DNA of 64,000 nt, from positions 64,001 to 128,000 of the forward strand of contig CAWKHF010000003.1 in the NCBI GenBank assembly GCA_963849325.1, in the 5' to 3' direction. Positions 12,974 through 25,101 of this stretch are shown in pieces (within the stretch, counting starts at the first letter, position 1; each line of letters starts with the position of its first letter). The translations under genes were made by a program, and so were the position numbers. The stretch comes from an uncultured Planctomycetota bacterium (GTDB taxonomy: Bacteria > Planctomycetota > Planctomycetia > Gemmatales > Gemmataceae). Below the pieces are notes generated by a model. It had not been told where the DNA came from, ran no database searches, and was given only the letters and a program-made list of their open reading frames with translations.

Positions 12974-13127
12974 AATTCTTATCCTCGATAGCTAGTTTCT
13001 AGAGATTGACTTCATTGCGTAGTTGATAGAGGTATCGATCACGCGGTAACCGTCCGCCAGAGCGGCCTTCACCGTGTCGACGCTCTCTTCGGGGCCGGAC
13101 TGGAGGACGCCAAGCCGGAGAGCAGGG

Positions 13128-14177
13128 TCAGTCGTCCTGCCTCAACGGCAGGACCTTTTCGGCGTCGGAGAGCCGAACCGCGACGGTCTTGCGCCGGTGC
13201 CAGATCGGGTAGGGCAGGCGCGGGCGCGAGGCTCGTTCGATCCGGTCGATCTGGTCGCCCGTCAGCTTTAACTCCATCGCGGCCAGGTTGTCGGCGAGCT
13301 GGTCGCAGTTGCGCGCGCCGACAATCACGCTCGCGACGCCGGGGCGAGCCATCAGCCACGCCAGCGAGACCCGGGCGGCGGAACAATGGTGCTCCTTGCC
13401 GACCTCGACCAGCGCGTTGACGGTGTCCCACAGCCTGTCAGGGTCGTCGACCGGCGGTTCGTCCCACTCGGTCAGGTGACGGCCGCTCTCGGGCTGCTGG
13501 TCACGCCGATACTTGCCGGAGGTCAGTCCACCGGCGAGCGGGCTCCACACCAGCATCCCCATGCCGGCGTCGATGACAGCCGGCAGCAGCTCCATCTCAA
13601 CGTCCCGGAACGCCGGGCTATAGAAGCTCTGCGTCACCACGAACGGCGGCAGCTGTTCGCGATCGGCGATGCCCAGCGCCTTGACGAGGTGCCACGCCGA
13701 GTAGTTCGAGCAGCCGACGTAGCGGACCTTGCCCTGGGCCACCAGATGTCCCAACGCGCTGAGCGTCTCCTCCAGCGGGGTCAGGCCGTCCCAGGAGTGG
13801 ACCTGGTACAGGTCGATGTGGTCTCGGCCGAGGTTCCGCAGGCTCTGTTCGCACTGCCGGATGATGTGCGTGCGAGACAGGCCGCGGTCATTGGGATCGT
13901 CGCCCACCTGCATGCCGACCTTGGTGGCGATCAGCACGTCGTCGATCGCGTCGCCGAGGGCCGCGCCGAGCATCTGCTCCGAGGTGCCCGTCGAGTAGAC
14001 GTCGGCGGTGTCGAACAGATTCACCCCGGCGTCGCGGCTCTTCGCGATCAGCTCGCGCGCCTCGTCGATCTGGGTGCTGCCGGCGTTGGCGAAGAACCCT
14101 TCGCCACCGAACGTCATCGTCCCGAGCGTCAAAGGCAAGACCATCAGCCCCGAGTTTCCAAGTGTACGGTATTCCAT
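13128..14177 (-). CDS. Aldo/keto reductase
   Basis: LGTMTFG, FDTADVYS, IDLYQVH, VRYVGCSN, WSPLAGG. Confidence 0.9.
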   Translation of the reverse strand: MEYRTLGNSGLMVLPLTLGTMTFGGEGFFANAGSTQIDEARELIAKSRDAGVNLFDTADVYSTGTSEQMLGAALGDAIDDVLIATKVGMQVGDDPNDRGLSRTHIIRQCEQSLRNLGRDHIDLYQVHSWDGLTPLEETLSALGHLVAQGKVRYVGCSNYSAWHLVKALGIADREQLPPFVVTQSFYSPAFRDVEMELLPAVIDAGMGMLVWSPLAGGLTSGKYRRDQQPESGRHLTEWDEPPVDDPDRLWDTVNALVEVGKEHHCSAARVSLAWLMARPGVASVIVGARNCDQLADNLAAMELKLTGDQIDRIERASRPRLPYPIWHRRKTVAVRLSDAEKVLPLRQDD

Positions 14178-14335
14178 CGTCTTCCTCCTTGGGTGGTAGT
14201 TCAAAACGGTCAACTTGCAGCGTACGACGTGTCAGATGGTGCTCGCATCGATCACGTACCGGTAGCATGCTTCCTTGTCGGCCACCGCTTCCCAAGCTCA
14301 GTTGACCTCATCAGTGCCAATCACCTCGGTCTCGG

Positions 14336-14876
14336 TCAAACTTTTCGTCGAATCCCGTGCTCCTGGTAGATCTTCTGCATCTGATCGGCCGTGCCCTTAT
14401 GGCTAATCATGCCCAACAGCTCGGTGTTAATTGCCGCCGGATAGATCGTCGCGGTGCGGATGTTCGTTCCCTCCATAGCCGACTCCATGCGGAGAGCCTC
14501 CATGAAACCGCGTAGGAACCACTTCGTCCCGCCGTACACCGCGCCGCCGGGATAGGCGTTGAGCCTGGCGACCGAGGAGGTCGCGATGATGTGCCCCGAC
14601 TTTTGCTCGATGAACGTCGGCAGTACGGCCGCGAGGCCATTTAAGACGCCCTTGATGTTCACATCGACAGTTTGGTGCCAGTCGTCGGTCTTCATCGCTG
14701 GCAGCGGGGAGTTTGGCATAATGCCCGCGTTTAGGAAGATGACGTCGATGCGGCCAAACCTCTCCTAACGATGGCCGCGCCCGCCTCCGCGAGCGCCGCG
14801 CCGTCGCCAGTCCCATGCCGGATGCGGCCCCGGTGACGAGTGCAACTTTGCCACTGAAGTCCAACGGATTGTTCAT
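14336..14876 (-). pseudogene. Chimeric SDR remnant: start of a 10689-like SDR joined to the middle of a 9864-like SDR
   Basis: [22 protein letters not shown] matches the 10689 start; MPNSPL..KTDDWHQTVDVNIKGVLNG..YGGTKWF matches 9121-9864. Confidence 0.8.
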
Positions 14877-14915
14877 GGTGTAATTGCTCTTTCCGTCACT
14901 CTGTTCGTCACGCCT

Positions 14916-15683
14916 CTACGCCGTTTGCCCGCCGTCAACGACCATCGCGTGCCCGACGACGAAGCAGGCCGCATCCGAACACAGCCAGACGACGGCATCG
15001 GCGATCTCTTCGGGCTGGCCCATCCGTCCTACCGGCTCCTGCGCGATGACCCTCTCCCGCCCCTCGGCAGTGCCGCCGGTGACGCGACCCATCATCGGGG
15101 TGTCGATGATCCCGGGGCACACGGCGTTGATGCGGACGTTCTGCGGGGCGTAATCGCGGGCCGCTCCCTTGGTGAGGCCGATGACGCCGAACTTCGCGGC
15201 GCAGTAAGCCGCCTGGCCCTTGAAGCCTTTGACTCCAGCGCCCGAGGAAGTGTTCACGATCACGCCGCCTTGCTTGAGCATCAGCGGGATTTCGTACTTC
15301 ATGCACAGGAACACGCCGCGCAGGTTGATGTTGACGAGGCGATCCCACTCTGCCTCTTCCAGTTCCGCAGTCGGGGCAAGCCGCTGTTCGACGCCGGCGT
15401 TGTTGAAGGCGAAGTCCAGCCGCCCGAAGGTTTCGATGGTTGCGTCCAGCGCCCGCCGCACGTCGTCAGCCCGTGACACGTCGCATCGGACGGCGAGCGC
15501 CCGCCCGCCCATCCCTTCGATCATGCGGGCAGTTTCCTGGTTGCCCTGTTCCGACACGTCGGCGACCACCACGCCAGCTCCTTCGCGGGCAAATGCCAGC
15601 GCCGTCGCCCGGCCGATGCCGTTCGCCGCCCCGGTCACGAACGCAACCTTCCCCGTAAAGCTCCCGTTCTGATTCCCCGCCAT
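14916..15683 (-). CDS. Short-chain dehydrogenase/reductase
   Basis: TGAANGIG, FNNAG, YCAAK, VVDGG. Confidence 0.9.
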   Translation of the reverse strand: MAGNQNGSFTGKVAFVTGAANGIGRATALAFAREGAGVVVADVSEQGNQETARMIEGMGGRALAVRCDVSRADDVRRALDATIETFGRLDFAFNNAGVEQRLAPTAELEEAEWDRLVNINLRGVFLCMKYEIPLMLKQGGVIVNTSSGAGVKGFKGQAAYCAAKFGVIGLTKGAARDYAPQNVRINAVCPGIIDTPMMGRVTGGTAEGRERVIAQEPVGRMGQPEEIADAVVWLCSDAACFVVGHAMVVDGGQTA

Positions 15684-15713
15684 CTCTTGCTCCTTTCGCT
15701 ATTCGGCCCTTGT

Positions 15714-16550
15714 TCATTGCCGGAGCACTTCATCCAATTTCGTCGCAAATGCTCGCGGCCGTAGCAGCCAGCCGGTATGGCCGCCCGGAAACTCGACGAA
15801 GCTGGCACCGAGACGCTCCGCCAGCGCCGCCGCGCATCGGTAGGGGGCGCAGTCGTGGTCCGACCCGCCCGCGGCCACGATGCGCACCGGCGCCGCTTTG
15901 AGCGCCGCCAGATCGAGCTGATAGGCGCAGTCGGCCGGTACGTCGTGCGAGAAGAAGAACTGCTGATTGGCTTCGACCTGCGGGGTTGGCGGTGGCAGCG
16001 CCACGTCGGCCTCGCGGTCCGCATCGTCGATGGCCGCCAGTGCTTCAATCTTCCGAAAAGCGGCGGCGGCTCCTTCCCGGTGGAATGTACTCACCGCGTC
16101 TTTAAGGGTTTGGACGGCACGATCCCGTTCGGCCTCCGGTAAGAGTTGCCAGGCGGGTGCTTCGTGCGCCACGAGGACGCGGACCTGCTCGGGGTATCGG
16201 GCGACGAGGTCGAGGCCGATCAGACCGCCGAAGCTGCTGCCGAACACGAGCGCGGGCTCGGTCGTTAGCGCCGCCAGCAAGTGGTGCGCGTCGTCGCCGT
16301 GCGTCGCGATGGTGGGCGGGCCAGTGGAGGCGTCGGTCGTGCTCCGCGACTGCCCGCGGCAGTCGTAGGTTACCACCGTGTAGCGATCGGCGAGCTGTTC
16401 GCGTAAAGTCTCCGCCGCCTCCGCATCGCCGGGCCCACCCTGAAGGGTCAAGAGCAGCGGGCCGGTCCCGCGCACTCGGTAGAAGATTGTTGCGCCGCGT
16501 ACGCGGAGCCTGTTGCCCCTGATCGTGCCCCTCTCCTCCCTCCTTTCCAT
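15714..16550 (-). CDS. Alpha/beta hydrolase
   Basis: GSSFGG nucleophile elbow, YDCRGQSRS, C-terminal PGGH. Confidence 0.85.
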   Translation of the reverse strand: MERREERGTIRGNRLRVRGATIFYRVRGTGPLLLTLQGGPGDAEAAETLREQLADRYTVVTYDCRGQSRSTTDASTGPPTIATHGDDAHHLLAALTTEPALVFGSSFGGLIGLDLVARYPEQVRVLVAHEAPAWQLLPEAERDRAVQTLKDAVSTFHREGAAAAFRKIEALAAIDDADREADVALPPPTPQVEANQQFFFSHDVPADCAYQLDLAALKAAPVRIVAAGGSDHDCAPYRCAAALAERLGASFVEFPGGHTGWLLRPRAFATKLDEVLRQ

Positions 16551-16609
16551 GTCGCTCGCCTCTCGGGCATCGTGCGGCACGCTGCGTTACGGCCGGGACG
16601 CCAGCAAAC

Positions 16610-16735
16610 TCACTTGCGGTCCTGCTCGTCGCTGACCTTCTCCATCCAGTCCACCGACTTACCGTCCAGCTTCTCTTGGAAGGCGATGTGGGCCATGGTC
16701 GTGGTCGGGGCCGCCCCGTGCCAGTGCTTCTCGCC
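16610..16735 (-). pseudogene. Cupin-domain protein C-terminal remnant
   Basis: Manual translation [42 protein letters not shown]-terminus missing. Confidence 0.75.
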
Positions 16736-16929
16736 CGTCTACGCGGCTGAGTCGCGTCGTCGGCCACTTCCGCCCGACAAAGGGATTGTAGGCGAAGTCC
16801 CCGGCGGGCCGGTATCACAATCGTCCAGGACTTTAGCCTAATCCTCCACGGCGTGGCCGAATCCCCTGTCCGCAGCGATCCGGGGCGGGTAAACTGGAAG
16901 GGGGCGAGGGGAAACGACGGGGTAGAGAC

Positions 16930-17828
16930 GTGGCGACGAAGGATCTGACGATGCTTGCCGCGGCGGTCGAGCGGCACACCCGGACGGACGGCGATCACGA
17001 GACGGCCGTGCCGGGACTTTGGCTATACCGATCCTCCACGCCGTCGGCGGAGCACGCCGTCGTGTACGTGCCGTCCGTGTGCATCGTGGCGCAAGGGGCC
17101 AAGGAGGTGGTCGTCGGGGGCGAGGTGTACCGCTACAACCCGGCCCAGTCGCTCCTCGTGTCGGTCGATATGCCCGCCTCGACCCGCGTGGCCGAGGCGG
17201 CTGCGGATCGCCCGTGCCTGGCGGCCCGCGTCCCGATAGACCCGGCCGTCGTGGGCGAACTCCTCGCTGACGGCACGGCGACCCCGCCGCCCGGCCCGCC
17301 GGCGCGGGATCGGGGTCATCAACCTCAAGCCGCCGCTCCTCGACGCCGTTCTATCGACTCCTGGGCCTGCTCGACGCCCCGCACGAGGTCGCCGCCCTCG
17401 CGCCGCTCGTGCTCCGGGAGATCGCCTTCCGGGTGCTCACCGGCCCGGAGGGGGCGAGGCTCCGGCAGATCGCCTCGGCCGGCGCCCCGGCCCAGCGGAT
17501 CGCGCGGGCGATCCGCTGGCTACGGGACCACTTCGCCGAGCCACTGCGGATCGAGGGGCTCGCGAAGCGCGCGGGGATGAGCCCGTCGGCGCTCCACCTC
17601 CACTTCAAGCACGTGACGGCCCTGAGTCCGCTCCAGTACCAAAAGCGGCTGCGGCTCCAAGAAGCCCGGCGGCTCATGGTGGGGGAGGGGCTCGACGCCG
17701 GCGAGGCGGCGTTCCGCGTCGGTTACGAGAGCCCGTCCCAGTTTGGGCGGGAGTACCGGCGGCTCTTCGGCAAGTCGCCGCGGCGGGACGTGTCCGGGGT
17801 GCAGGCCGAGGCCCAACCGGCGGTCTGA
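16930..17828 (+). CDS. AraC family regulator, YqhC-like (frameshifted ~17310-17355)
   Basis: AraC_N-type start (VYVPSVCIVAQGAKEV); LSPLQYQK, VGYESPSQFGREYRRLFG; divergent from the oxidoreductase cluster. Confidence 0.88.
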
Positions 17829-18127
17829 TCCAGCTTCTTGCGACGCGGTTTGCGCATTGACACCTGACGCACAAAAGCGTGCTCCGGTCCGCCACACGTC
17901 CGCCACACCGGACGGGCCTGCGGTCAACACCGCCAGCCTCTTCAAGGCGCCCCTCCCTCCCCCGGCACACCGCACCCCGGCCTGAACCGTCAAGGCCTCC
18001 CGGCCAGCTCGACGTGACGTCCTGCGGGCCATTTCTCTCATCCATTCCGATCCACATCAGCGCATGCCTGCCCTCCCCTGGGTAGTCCGAGGGGCCAAAG
18101 GTCCCTCTTCCCCGAAGCGAGGCAGGC

Positions 18128-19160
18128 ATGCGTCTAGCGGCACAGACTCGCGGGGGGTTTTACCCCGCGCACGAAAAGGCGGTCGCGCACGCCGCGTTTT
18201 TCCTGCGTCCCCCCGCAGGTAAGCCGTTCGCCATTCTCGACCCGTGTGCCGGCGAGGGGGCCGCCGTCTGCCAACTCCGGGAACTGCTCGGATGCTCGCC
18301 CGGGCTGACATTTGCAATTGAGTTGGACGACGGCCGCGCCGAAGTCGTCCGTGCGCTCCTGTCCGGTGCTCAGGTGCTCGCCCCGGCCAGCTTCTTCGGG
18401 TGCCGGGCCACCCTGAACAGCTTCTCGTTCATCTGGCTGAACCCGCCGTTCGACGACGGCTACGGCGGTTCTCGTGTGGAGGACCAGTTCCTGCGACGAG
18501 CCACCGACTGGCTCATGCCGGGCGGCGTGATGGCCCTGGTCTGCCCGGAAAACGTCGTGGACGTGTACTCGGACGCCTGCCGGCACTTCAAGACCTACTA
18601 CGAAAACCGCACCATCCTCCCCTTCCCAGAGAAACACCGGCCGTTTCGCGAAGCCGTTGTGTTCGGCCACAAGCGCGTCAGGCCGGACGCGGACAGCGTC
18701 CGCTCCGGTTGGAAGCCGTGGGAGTCCGTCGCGGCACCGAAACACTTCTGCTATCACATCCCGCCGGGAAACGGCCCTCGGGTGTTTCAGAAGGTCGAAC
18801 CGACCGAGGCGGAACTGCAGCGCATGCTGGTCGAATCGCCGCTGCGCTGTCACCTGGCGGTGCCGCCGGCAACGCCGCTGCCTTCCCCACCCCTCGCGCT
18901 GGGTATCGGACATGTGGCGCTGCTGCTGGCCAGCGGGCACCTCAACGGGGTCGTGCAGCCGGAAGGCGGGACGCCCCGGGTGGTGCGGGGCACGTCGCGC
19001 GAAACGCGCCTTCGTCTCCGACGAAACCGACACAGTCAACCCGGACGGCAGCGTCACCACCCGGACGACGGTCTCGGAACGCATCGACCTGGTGGTCCGC
19101 ACCGTGGACCTCACGGGGGCGATCCGCACGTTCTCGGAGACCGACGCAGGGCAGGAATGA
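18128..19160 (+). CDS. Class I SAM-dependent (probable DNA) methyltransferase, DUF6094-like (frameshift ~19005)
   Basis: GGFYP, ILDPCAGEG, WLNPPF motifs. Confidence 0.75.
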
Positions 19161-19206
19161 ATTCCGCCTCCCGAACACGTCCTTCTTCAACCGTGTGGAG
19201 ACTTCC

Positions 19207-20662
19207 ATGCAAGCAACCGGGGAGCCGATGGCCCCTTTCGCCGGCGAATTCGAGTTAGAAGTCTACAGCTCCGGCCGGGGCGGGCGCCATCGTGCGTCGC
19301 ACTTCAAGTTGCGTTGCGACGCCATCGGGCTGCACGAGAATGAAATCCTGCTGCTCTCCGTCATCGGTTCCGAGACCAGCGTCAAGGCCCTCACGGCCGG
19401 CCTGCGCTCCTCCGGCAAGGACCAGCAACGGATCCAGTATTCCGCCCGGGTCGGCAATGTCAGCGGCAGCAACCTGATCCGATGCCCCGGTGGCTACCGG
19501 GTCCACCGCGCCAGGCTCGATTACGGCCTGTGGCACGTCCTGTGTCTGGCCCGGCGTGAGGGCTTCATGCCGGTCCTGTCCGAGGAGGCCGTCTGGCAAA
19601 ACCTCAAACGAGACCCGTTCACGACGCCGCTGCTGCGCGAGTGGGTGCCCTGGCTGTGCCGGGAGATGAGGGAGCGGGGCGCCATCGTCGAGCTGACCCA
19701 GAGCGGTTGCCAGGGCGGGTTGTTGCTGGCCCAGAACGATCTGCTGGACGCGCTGGTGAGCGAGGGGCTCCGGCAAGGCCATCTATCGATCAACGGCCAA
19801 ACGGGCAGGCCTCCCCGCCCGGAGGCATCGGCCGGGAACGAGGGCGCCCAGAACCTGGACGAGTTCATGTGGGCGTACGGGCCGATGCTCCGCCGACAGG
19901 CGGAACGGTCGCTGCAGCCGCTGCACGTGCCCGGCCGCGATTTCCTGCCGTGTCCAGACCTGCTGCGTGAGCCGTTCGAGGCCCAGACCCAGGTGATCGA
20001 GGCGGCACGCAAGGCCCTCCGCCGTCAGCAGTCGCTCCTCATGGTTGGAGAGATGGGGACCGGGAAGACTCTCATGGGGATGGCCGCAGCCCACGCACAT
20101 GCCGCAGGGCGGCCGTACCGCGCGCTCGTGTTCTGCCCCGGCCAGCTCGTCCACAAGTGGGAGCGCGAGATCCGCGAGACCGTCCCGGGTGCCGAGGTCA
20201 TCCAGATCGAGTCCTGGAGGGACTTGCTCCACCTGGACCGGGTGAGAAAACCGGCCGGCCCGGAATGGTACGTCATCGCCCGGGACCGGGCCAAGCTCGG
20301 CGCGACGTGGCGGCCCGCTTACCAGCGCCGCAACAAGGCCGACAACGGCTTCCTGCGCTGCCCGGGGTGCGGCCGGCGCCTTGTCGATGACAAGCGCGAG
20401 CCGCTGCGGGCCGGCCAGCCGGGAACGGGTGGACAGCCGGGCACCGGCCTGTGGAAGCGGCGGGCCCGGTGCGAATGGGTCCTGTCCTCGCACGGGCCCG
20501 ACGAGGATGGCGAGGCCGGGCAAGGGGACCGCTTGGTTCGGGGGTGCGGGGCACCACTTTGGCAGATGACCGGCGAACTCCGGCGGTACGAACCCGCGCT
20601 GCTCATCAAGCGATGGCTGCGGCATTTCTTCAAGTACCTGATTCTCGACGAGGTCCATGAGG
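19207..20662 (+). pseudogene. SNF2/DEAD-like helicase, truncated after Walker B
   Basis: GEMGTGKT, CPGQLVHKWERE, ILDEVHE, then an abrupt switch to unrelated sequence. Confidence 0.75.
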
Positions 20663-20852
20663 AGACCGGCTGGACCATCGGCTCGGCGAGTGTTTCGCGA
20701 TGGACGCGACGGCGACCGCGAGCATCGGCAAGAAGGCCGAAGAGCTGATGGCCCGTCTTGACCGGGAGGCCCAGCAGCTCGGCCTCGAAATCCGCGCCGG
20801 CGTCTTCGAGTGACCCGCGGACGCAAGAGGTTTCCCCAACCGGAGCGGAGTC

Positions 20853-21430
20853 ATGCTGACCGAGCTGTACGGCAAACAGGGCTGCCTCTGTCAGCCCGCC
20901 CGGGCGGGGGAGCTGCGCTGCCCGCTCCTCATCCGGCCTAACGGCGAAGACGTCATTACCGGCCACCTTGCCCTAGCTCTGCGCGTCCTCGACCCCTGCC
21001 GGCTGCTGCCCGACCTCCTGAACGCCGCCCTCGGGGCGGCCCGCTTCCGCTGTCAGGTGTTTCGGCGGTTGCGCGTCGAGCCCCTGGGTCAACCGCCCCC
21101 GCTACCCGCGGGAGCTGCTCCCCTGGGAGGAGGGGAGCACGCAGGTGGACCTGCACCTGTCCTGGGAGAACCCGCCGACCACGGTCTACCTGGAGGCGAA
21201 GTACGGCTCGGGCCTGACCCGGAAAACGGCACGGGACGACGGCAGCCACGGCTTCCCGTCCGACCAGCTCGTCCGCAACGCCCGGGTGGGACTGCTGGAA
21301 GCGGGCTACTTCGGGGGCCACGGCCTCTTCCCGGCGGGGCCGCGGGACTTTGTCCTCGTCCTCCTGAGTCCCTCGCGGCCTTGCGGGAGTGGATCGACCG
21401 GGCGGCGCGGCCCTTGCCCGGGCCGACGTG
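20853..21430 (+). CDS. Putative PD-(D/E)XK nuclease-like protein (frameshift ~21085, possibly truncated)
   Basis: Joined frames give EDVIT...TQVDLHL...VYLEAK...DQL. Confidence 0.5.
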
Positions 21431-21876
21431 AGGCAAGTGTGCCCCGTGGCACTGCGCCCGAAAGCCCGCGCAAGTTTCCGTGGGGCTCCATTTTCCCATC
21501 CGGCCGAGCTATTCCGGCACCCCGCTCGGGCCGGTCATCACCGTGCCCTGGCGACGCCTCCATGTCGGATCGAATCCATTTAGCCAGTCGCGGCGAACGG
21601 TCGTGCGGCGGTCAGCCGCGAATCCCGCGCATCAGGCACATGCGTGGTAATGCACAATCTTGACGGGAGCGTTGCTACTCCAGTCGGGCGGACTCAGCGG
21701 CCAGCTCACTTGAATCGGCCGCGATTCGCCCCCGGACCTTACGATGACGTTCGGGCCGGAGCGCTGTGAGGTCCGTCATCCCGAACCAGGGGCGGTCGTG
21801 GAGGTCTTCAGGTGGTCGAAGGCGCTGGCGAGTTGGGCGAGGCAGGCATCGAATTTCTCAGCCGCAGCTGAACGTG

Positions 21877-23365
21877 TCATTCTTCGGGGGCAAGAGGTGC
21901 GGGCAACCCACGCCCAGCCTCCTCAACCTGCTGGAGCGCGCGGCGAAGGTCCGTGGCCACGCGGTCGGCGAGAACTCGGAGACGTTCGGCAGCGGGGACC
22001 GGGTTCTCGATGGACTCGGGGGACCAGCTGAGATCCAGACCGCACGACGGCCGTTCGAGGATCCACGACACGTCGAACGCCCGCCATCGTTGGAACTCGC
22101 TACCCCTGAGTACCCCCGCCTTTCGCCTGCGGCGATCGCCAGGCTTGTAGCAGGCGACGAAATCGGCGAGGTGGCCCGCGCCGAGTGGGTTCGCTTTGAG
22201 GGAGAATCTGTTCCCCGCCCGCAAATCGGAGACCCACAACTTCTTCGCTCCGGCCGCGCCGTTCCTCCCGGGGGGCAACAGGTCGAAGAACAGTACGTTG
22301 GCCTTCACTCCGTGGGCGTAGAAGATGCCCGTCGGGAGCCGCAAGAGGGTATGGAACGTCACACGTCGCCAATAAACGCCGGCGAATTTCTTCTGCGGCG
22401 CCGCCTTCAAACAGCACGTTGTCAGGCACGACCACGGCAGCGCGGCCTCCCGGCTTCAGCATCGTATAAACGTGCTGGAGGAAGTTCAGCTGCTTGTTCG
22501 ACGTTCGGACCCAGAAATCCTTGCGGACCACCTCACCCGCTGAACTCTCGTCCGCTGTCGAAAAGAACGACCCTTTCACCCCGAACGGGGGGTTGGTCAG
22601 CACCACATCGACAAGTCTTCGCGGCGGGTTCGCAAGGCTGTCCTCACACGAGATGGGGAGCTCCGCCTTCCCGGTCGGGTCACCAACCCCGTGGAGCAGG
22701 AGGTTCATCATGGCCAGCCTGGCCACCTCGCGGACCAATTCGCTTCCTTGGATGGTCTCGTACTGAAGACGCCTGCGCTGCGCCGGTTTGAGGTCGGGGT
22801 GGTGCTGGCGGATAAAATCGTGCGCGGCAAGCAGGAACCCGGCCGTCCCACACGCAGGATCGCAGACGACCTCGCCCGGTGCCGGGCGGACACAGGACAC
22901 GATGGCGTTGATCAGGGGCCGTGGCGTGAAGTACTGGCCGGCACCGCTCTTGGTGTCTTGAGCGTTCTTTTCCAGCAGTCCCTCGTAGGCGTCTCCCTTG
23001 ACGTCGTCGCTCATCCCCGTCCAGTCCGTCTGCCCGATCAAATCCTGCACGAGCACGCGGAGCTTCGCCGGGTCGCGGATCTTATTCTTTGCGTCGTGGA
23101 AAACCAGCCCGAGCATGCCGCCCTGCCGGCCAAGGTGCTTCAGCGCTTTAGAGTAGTGGCGGTGCAGCGCCTCAGCGTCCTTGCCGGAAAGCGACGCCCA
23201 ACTGAACTCCTCCGGCACCACCGCGCCGCCACGCTCCTCTGCCATTTTCAGGAAGAGTAGGTAGGTGAGTTGCTCGACGTAGTCGGGGTACGAGAGGCCA
23301 TCGTCTCGCAGGACGTTGCAGTACTGCCAGAGCCTTCTCACCAGCCTCGTAGCGGGGGACGTCAT
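21877..23365 (-). CDS. hsdM: Type I RM methyltransferase subunit (frameshift ~22345)
   Basis: YVEQLTYLLFLKM, GQYFTPR, DPACGTAG, NPPF, VVVPDNVLF, LRLPTGIFYA; ATGA overlap with the upstream ATPase. Confidence 0.9.
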
Positions 23366-25101
23366 GCGGCTGCCCTCATCCTTGAGTGGTTGTTGTGGGA
23401 GTGATCCGCAGAACATGCAATTCGACCCACCAAGAACTCCTGAACATCATCAGGTACGCCTTCGCCGCCGCCGAATAAAGTTGGTCGCGCTCCATCAGCA
23501 TCTGCCCGGAGTTCAGCAACGATCTTGTTGGCCAATGCCACCCGCTCTTGACGCTGCTCTTCGGTCAGCTGCGCCATTTCGAGCCAGGTTGGGTCCTCCT
23601 GCGCCGTCCATGCCTGGAGGAAAAGCTGGTAGAGAGGATCCCGCGTGGTCTTGGAGAACGCCAGGGGCGCAGGAGGTCGTTTAGTTTCGCGAGTTCCGCC
23701 TTTTCGTGCTCGTCCAGCGGGCCGCCTTTCAGCGCGAGCCGCCGCCGCCGGTCGAGGAGGTCTTGCGTGGGCCGGTCGAGCGTTGAACTCAGCCGGAAGA
23801 TGTCGCTGGTCAGGATGGCCTCGATTCCCATCCCCTGTGGGTCTTCCTCCGGCTCAGCGATGGACAGGCCCCCATCAACGTCCCGGCGAATGATCCGGAC
23901 CTGCTCCTTGAGAAGGCTTGCGAAAAGCAGCGGGTCGTGAGTCGCCATGACGATGTGACAATTCTCCCGGCGCTTCACGAAGCGGTCGAGAAAGCCGAGG
24001 TACTCCACGCTCCAGGTCGGGTTCAGGTGGGTGTCCGGCTCGTCGAGGAGGAAGAGCAGCTTCGTCCTCGGCGGTGAACTTCAGGAGCCCGAGCACGAGC
24101 AGAAGTTGCTGTTCTCCTTCGCTCAGATCCCGGTACGTGACGGCACCACCGCCCGCCTCGGGCGAGATCTTCACCCGCGTGACGACTTCGCCGAGGAGGG
24201 TCGAAATGTCAATGCTCTCCAGGGCCGTGAAAAACGCGTACTGGTTCTGGTAGGGGCGGTATACCTCGACGAGCGCTTCCTGATTCGGAAGGAAAAGGTA
24301 GAGGTTCTCGACGAGCGGATTCTTGGCCAGGTCAACCGGCATCCGCCGAGGCATTCGCATCGGGGTCATTGCGGCATCGTAGAGGCGGCTCAGCAGGTCT
24401 CGGACCTCGCCCTCCGCACGCCAGAAGCGCTCGTCGCCACCCTTGCGGCTCCGCCATCCCCAGATGGGCTCTTTCAGCGCGAACAGCACCGAGTCCAACC
24501 CCGCGATGCGGAGGTAGTCGCGGAGGAAGTCGCGGTCGTCGGACTCTTGGCCGGGTGGGTTCATGAAAAACGCGAGCAGGGCGAACTGGCCGTGGACGGT
24601 CCGGGCGTAGAAAAGCCGGCGCAGGGAGTTCGAGCTCACCGGCTCGCGCTTCTCCGCCGGCTTGATGATAAACTTCCTGAACCTCTCGCGGTGCTTCTCG
24701 AACAGCTCGGCGAGCCGGTCGCTCGGGCCCGAATAGTAGCCGAAGACGAACGCGGGGCGGTAGAGTGGCCGCTCTTCGCCGTCCTCTTTCATGAATTCCG
24801 TCTTGGTGATGCGGGCGAACTCCTCCTCCCCGGGTCGCCTGACTTCAAACCGCGGCGTCCTCTTGCTCTTCGCCTCAATCTTAACCTCGTTGCCGCGGCA
24901 GCGGTACTTGAGTTCGTACTCGAAGGGCGCGGGCTCATCGAGGTCCAGGTTGCGGAAGATCCACGCGACAGCCTCGATCAGATTCGACTTTCCGGTGCCG
25001 TTACCGCCGACCAGAACGGTGTACGGGGACTTCTCGTCGAAATCGACGTACACGTCGCGGAGGTTTTTGAACTGGCGGATCCGGAGTTCATCAAGTCGCA
25101 T
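23362..25101 (-). CDS. ABC/AAA_21-type ATPase associated with the restriction locus (frameshifts ~24055 and ~23600-23660)
   Basis: GGNGTGKS, LSEGE signature, LLDEPDTHLNP (shifted frame), MATHDP. Confidence 0.85.

Noticed and set aside
23362-25101. ATPase as a PrrC/RloC anticodon nuclease linked to the intron-split tRNA
   Set aside because: No recognisable HEPN RxxxxH domain after the ATPase; proximity to the tRNA is explained by island integration.
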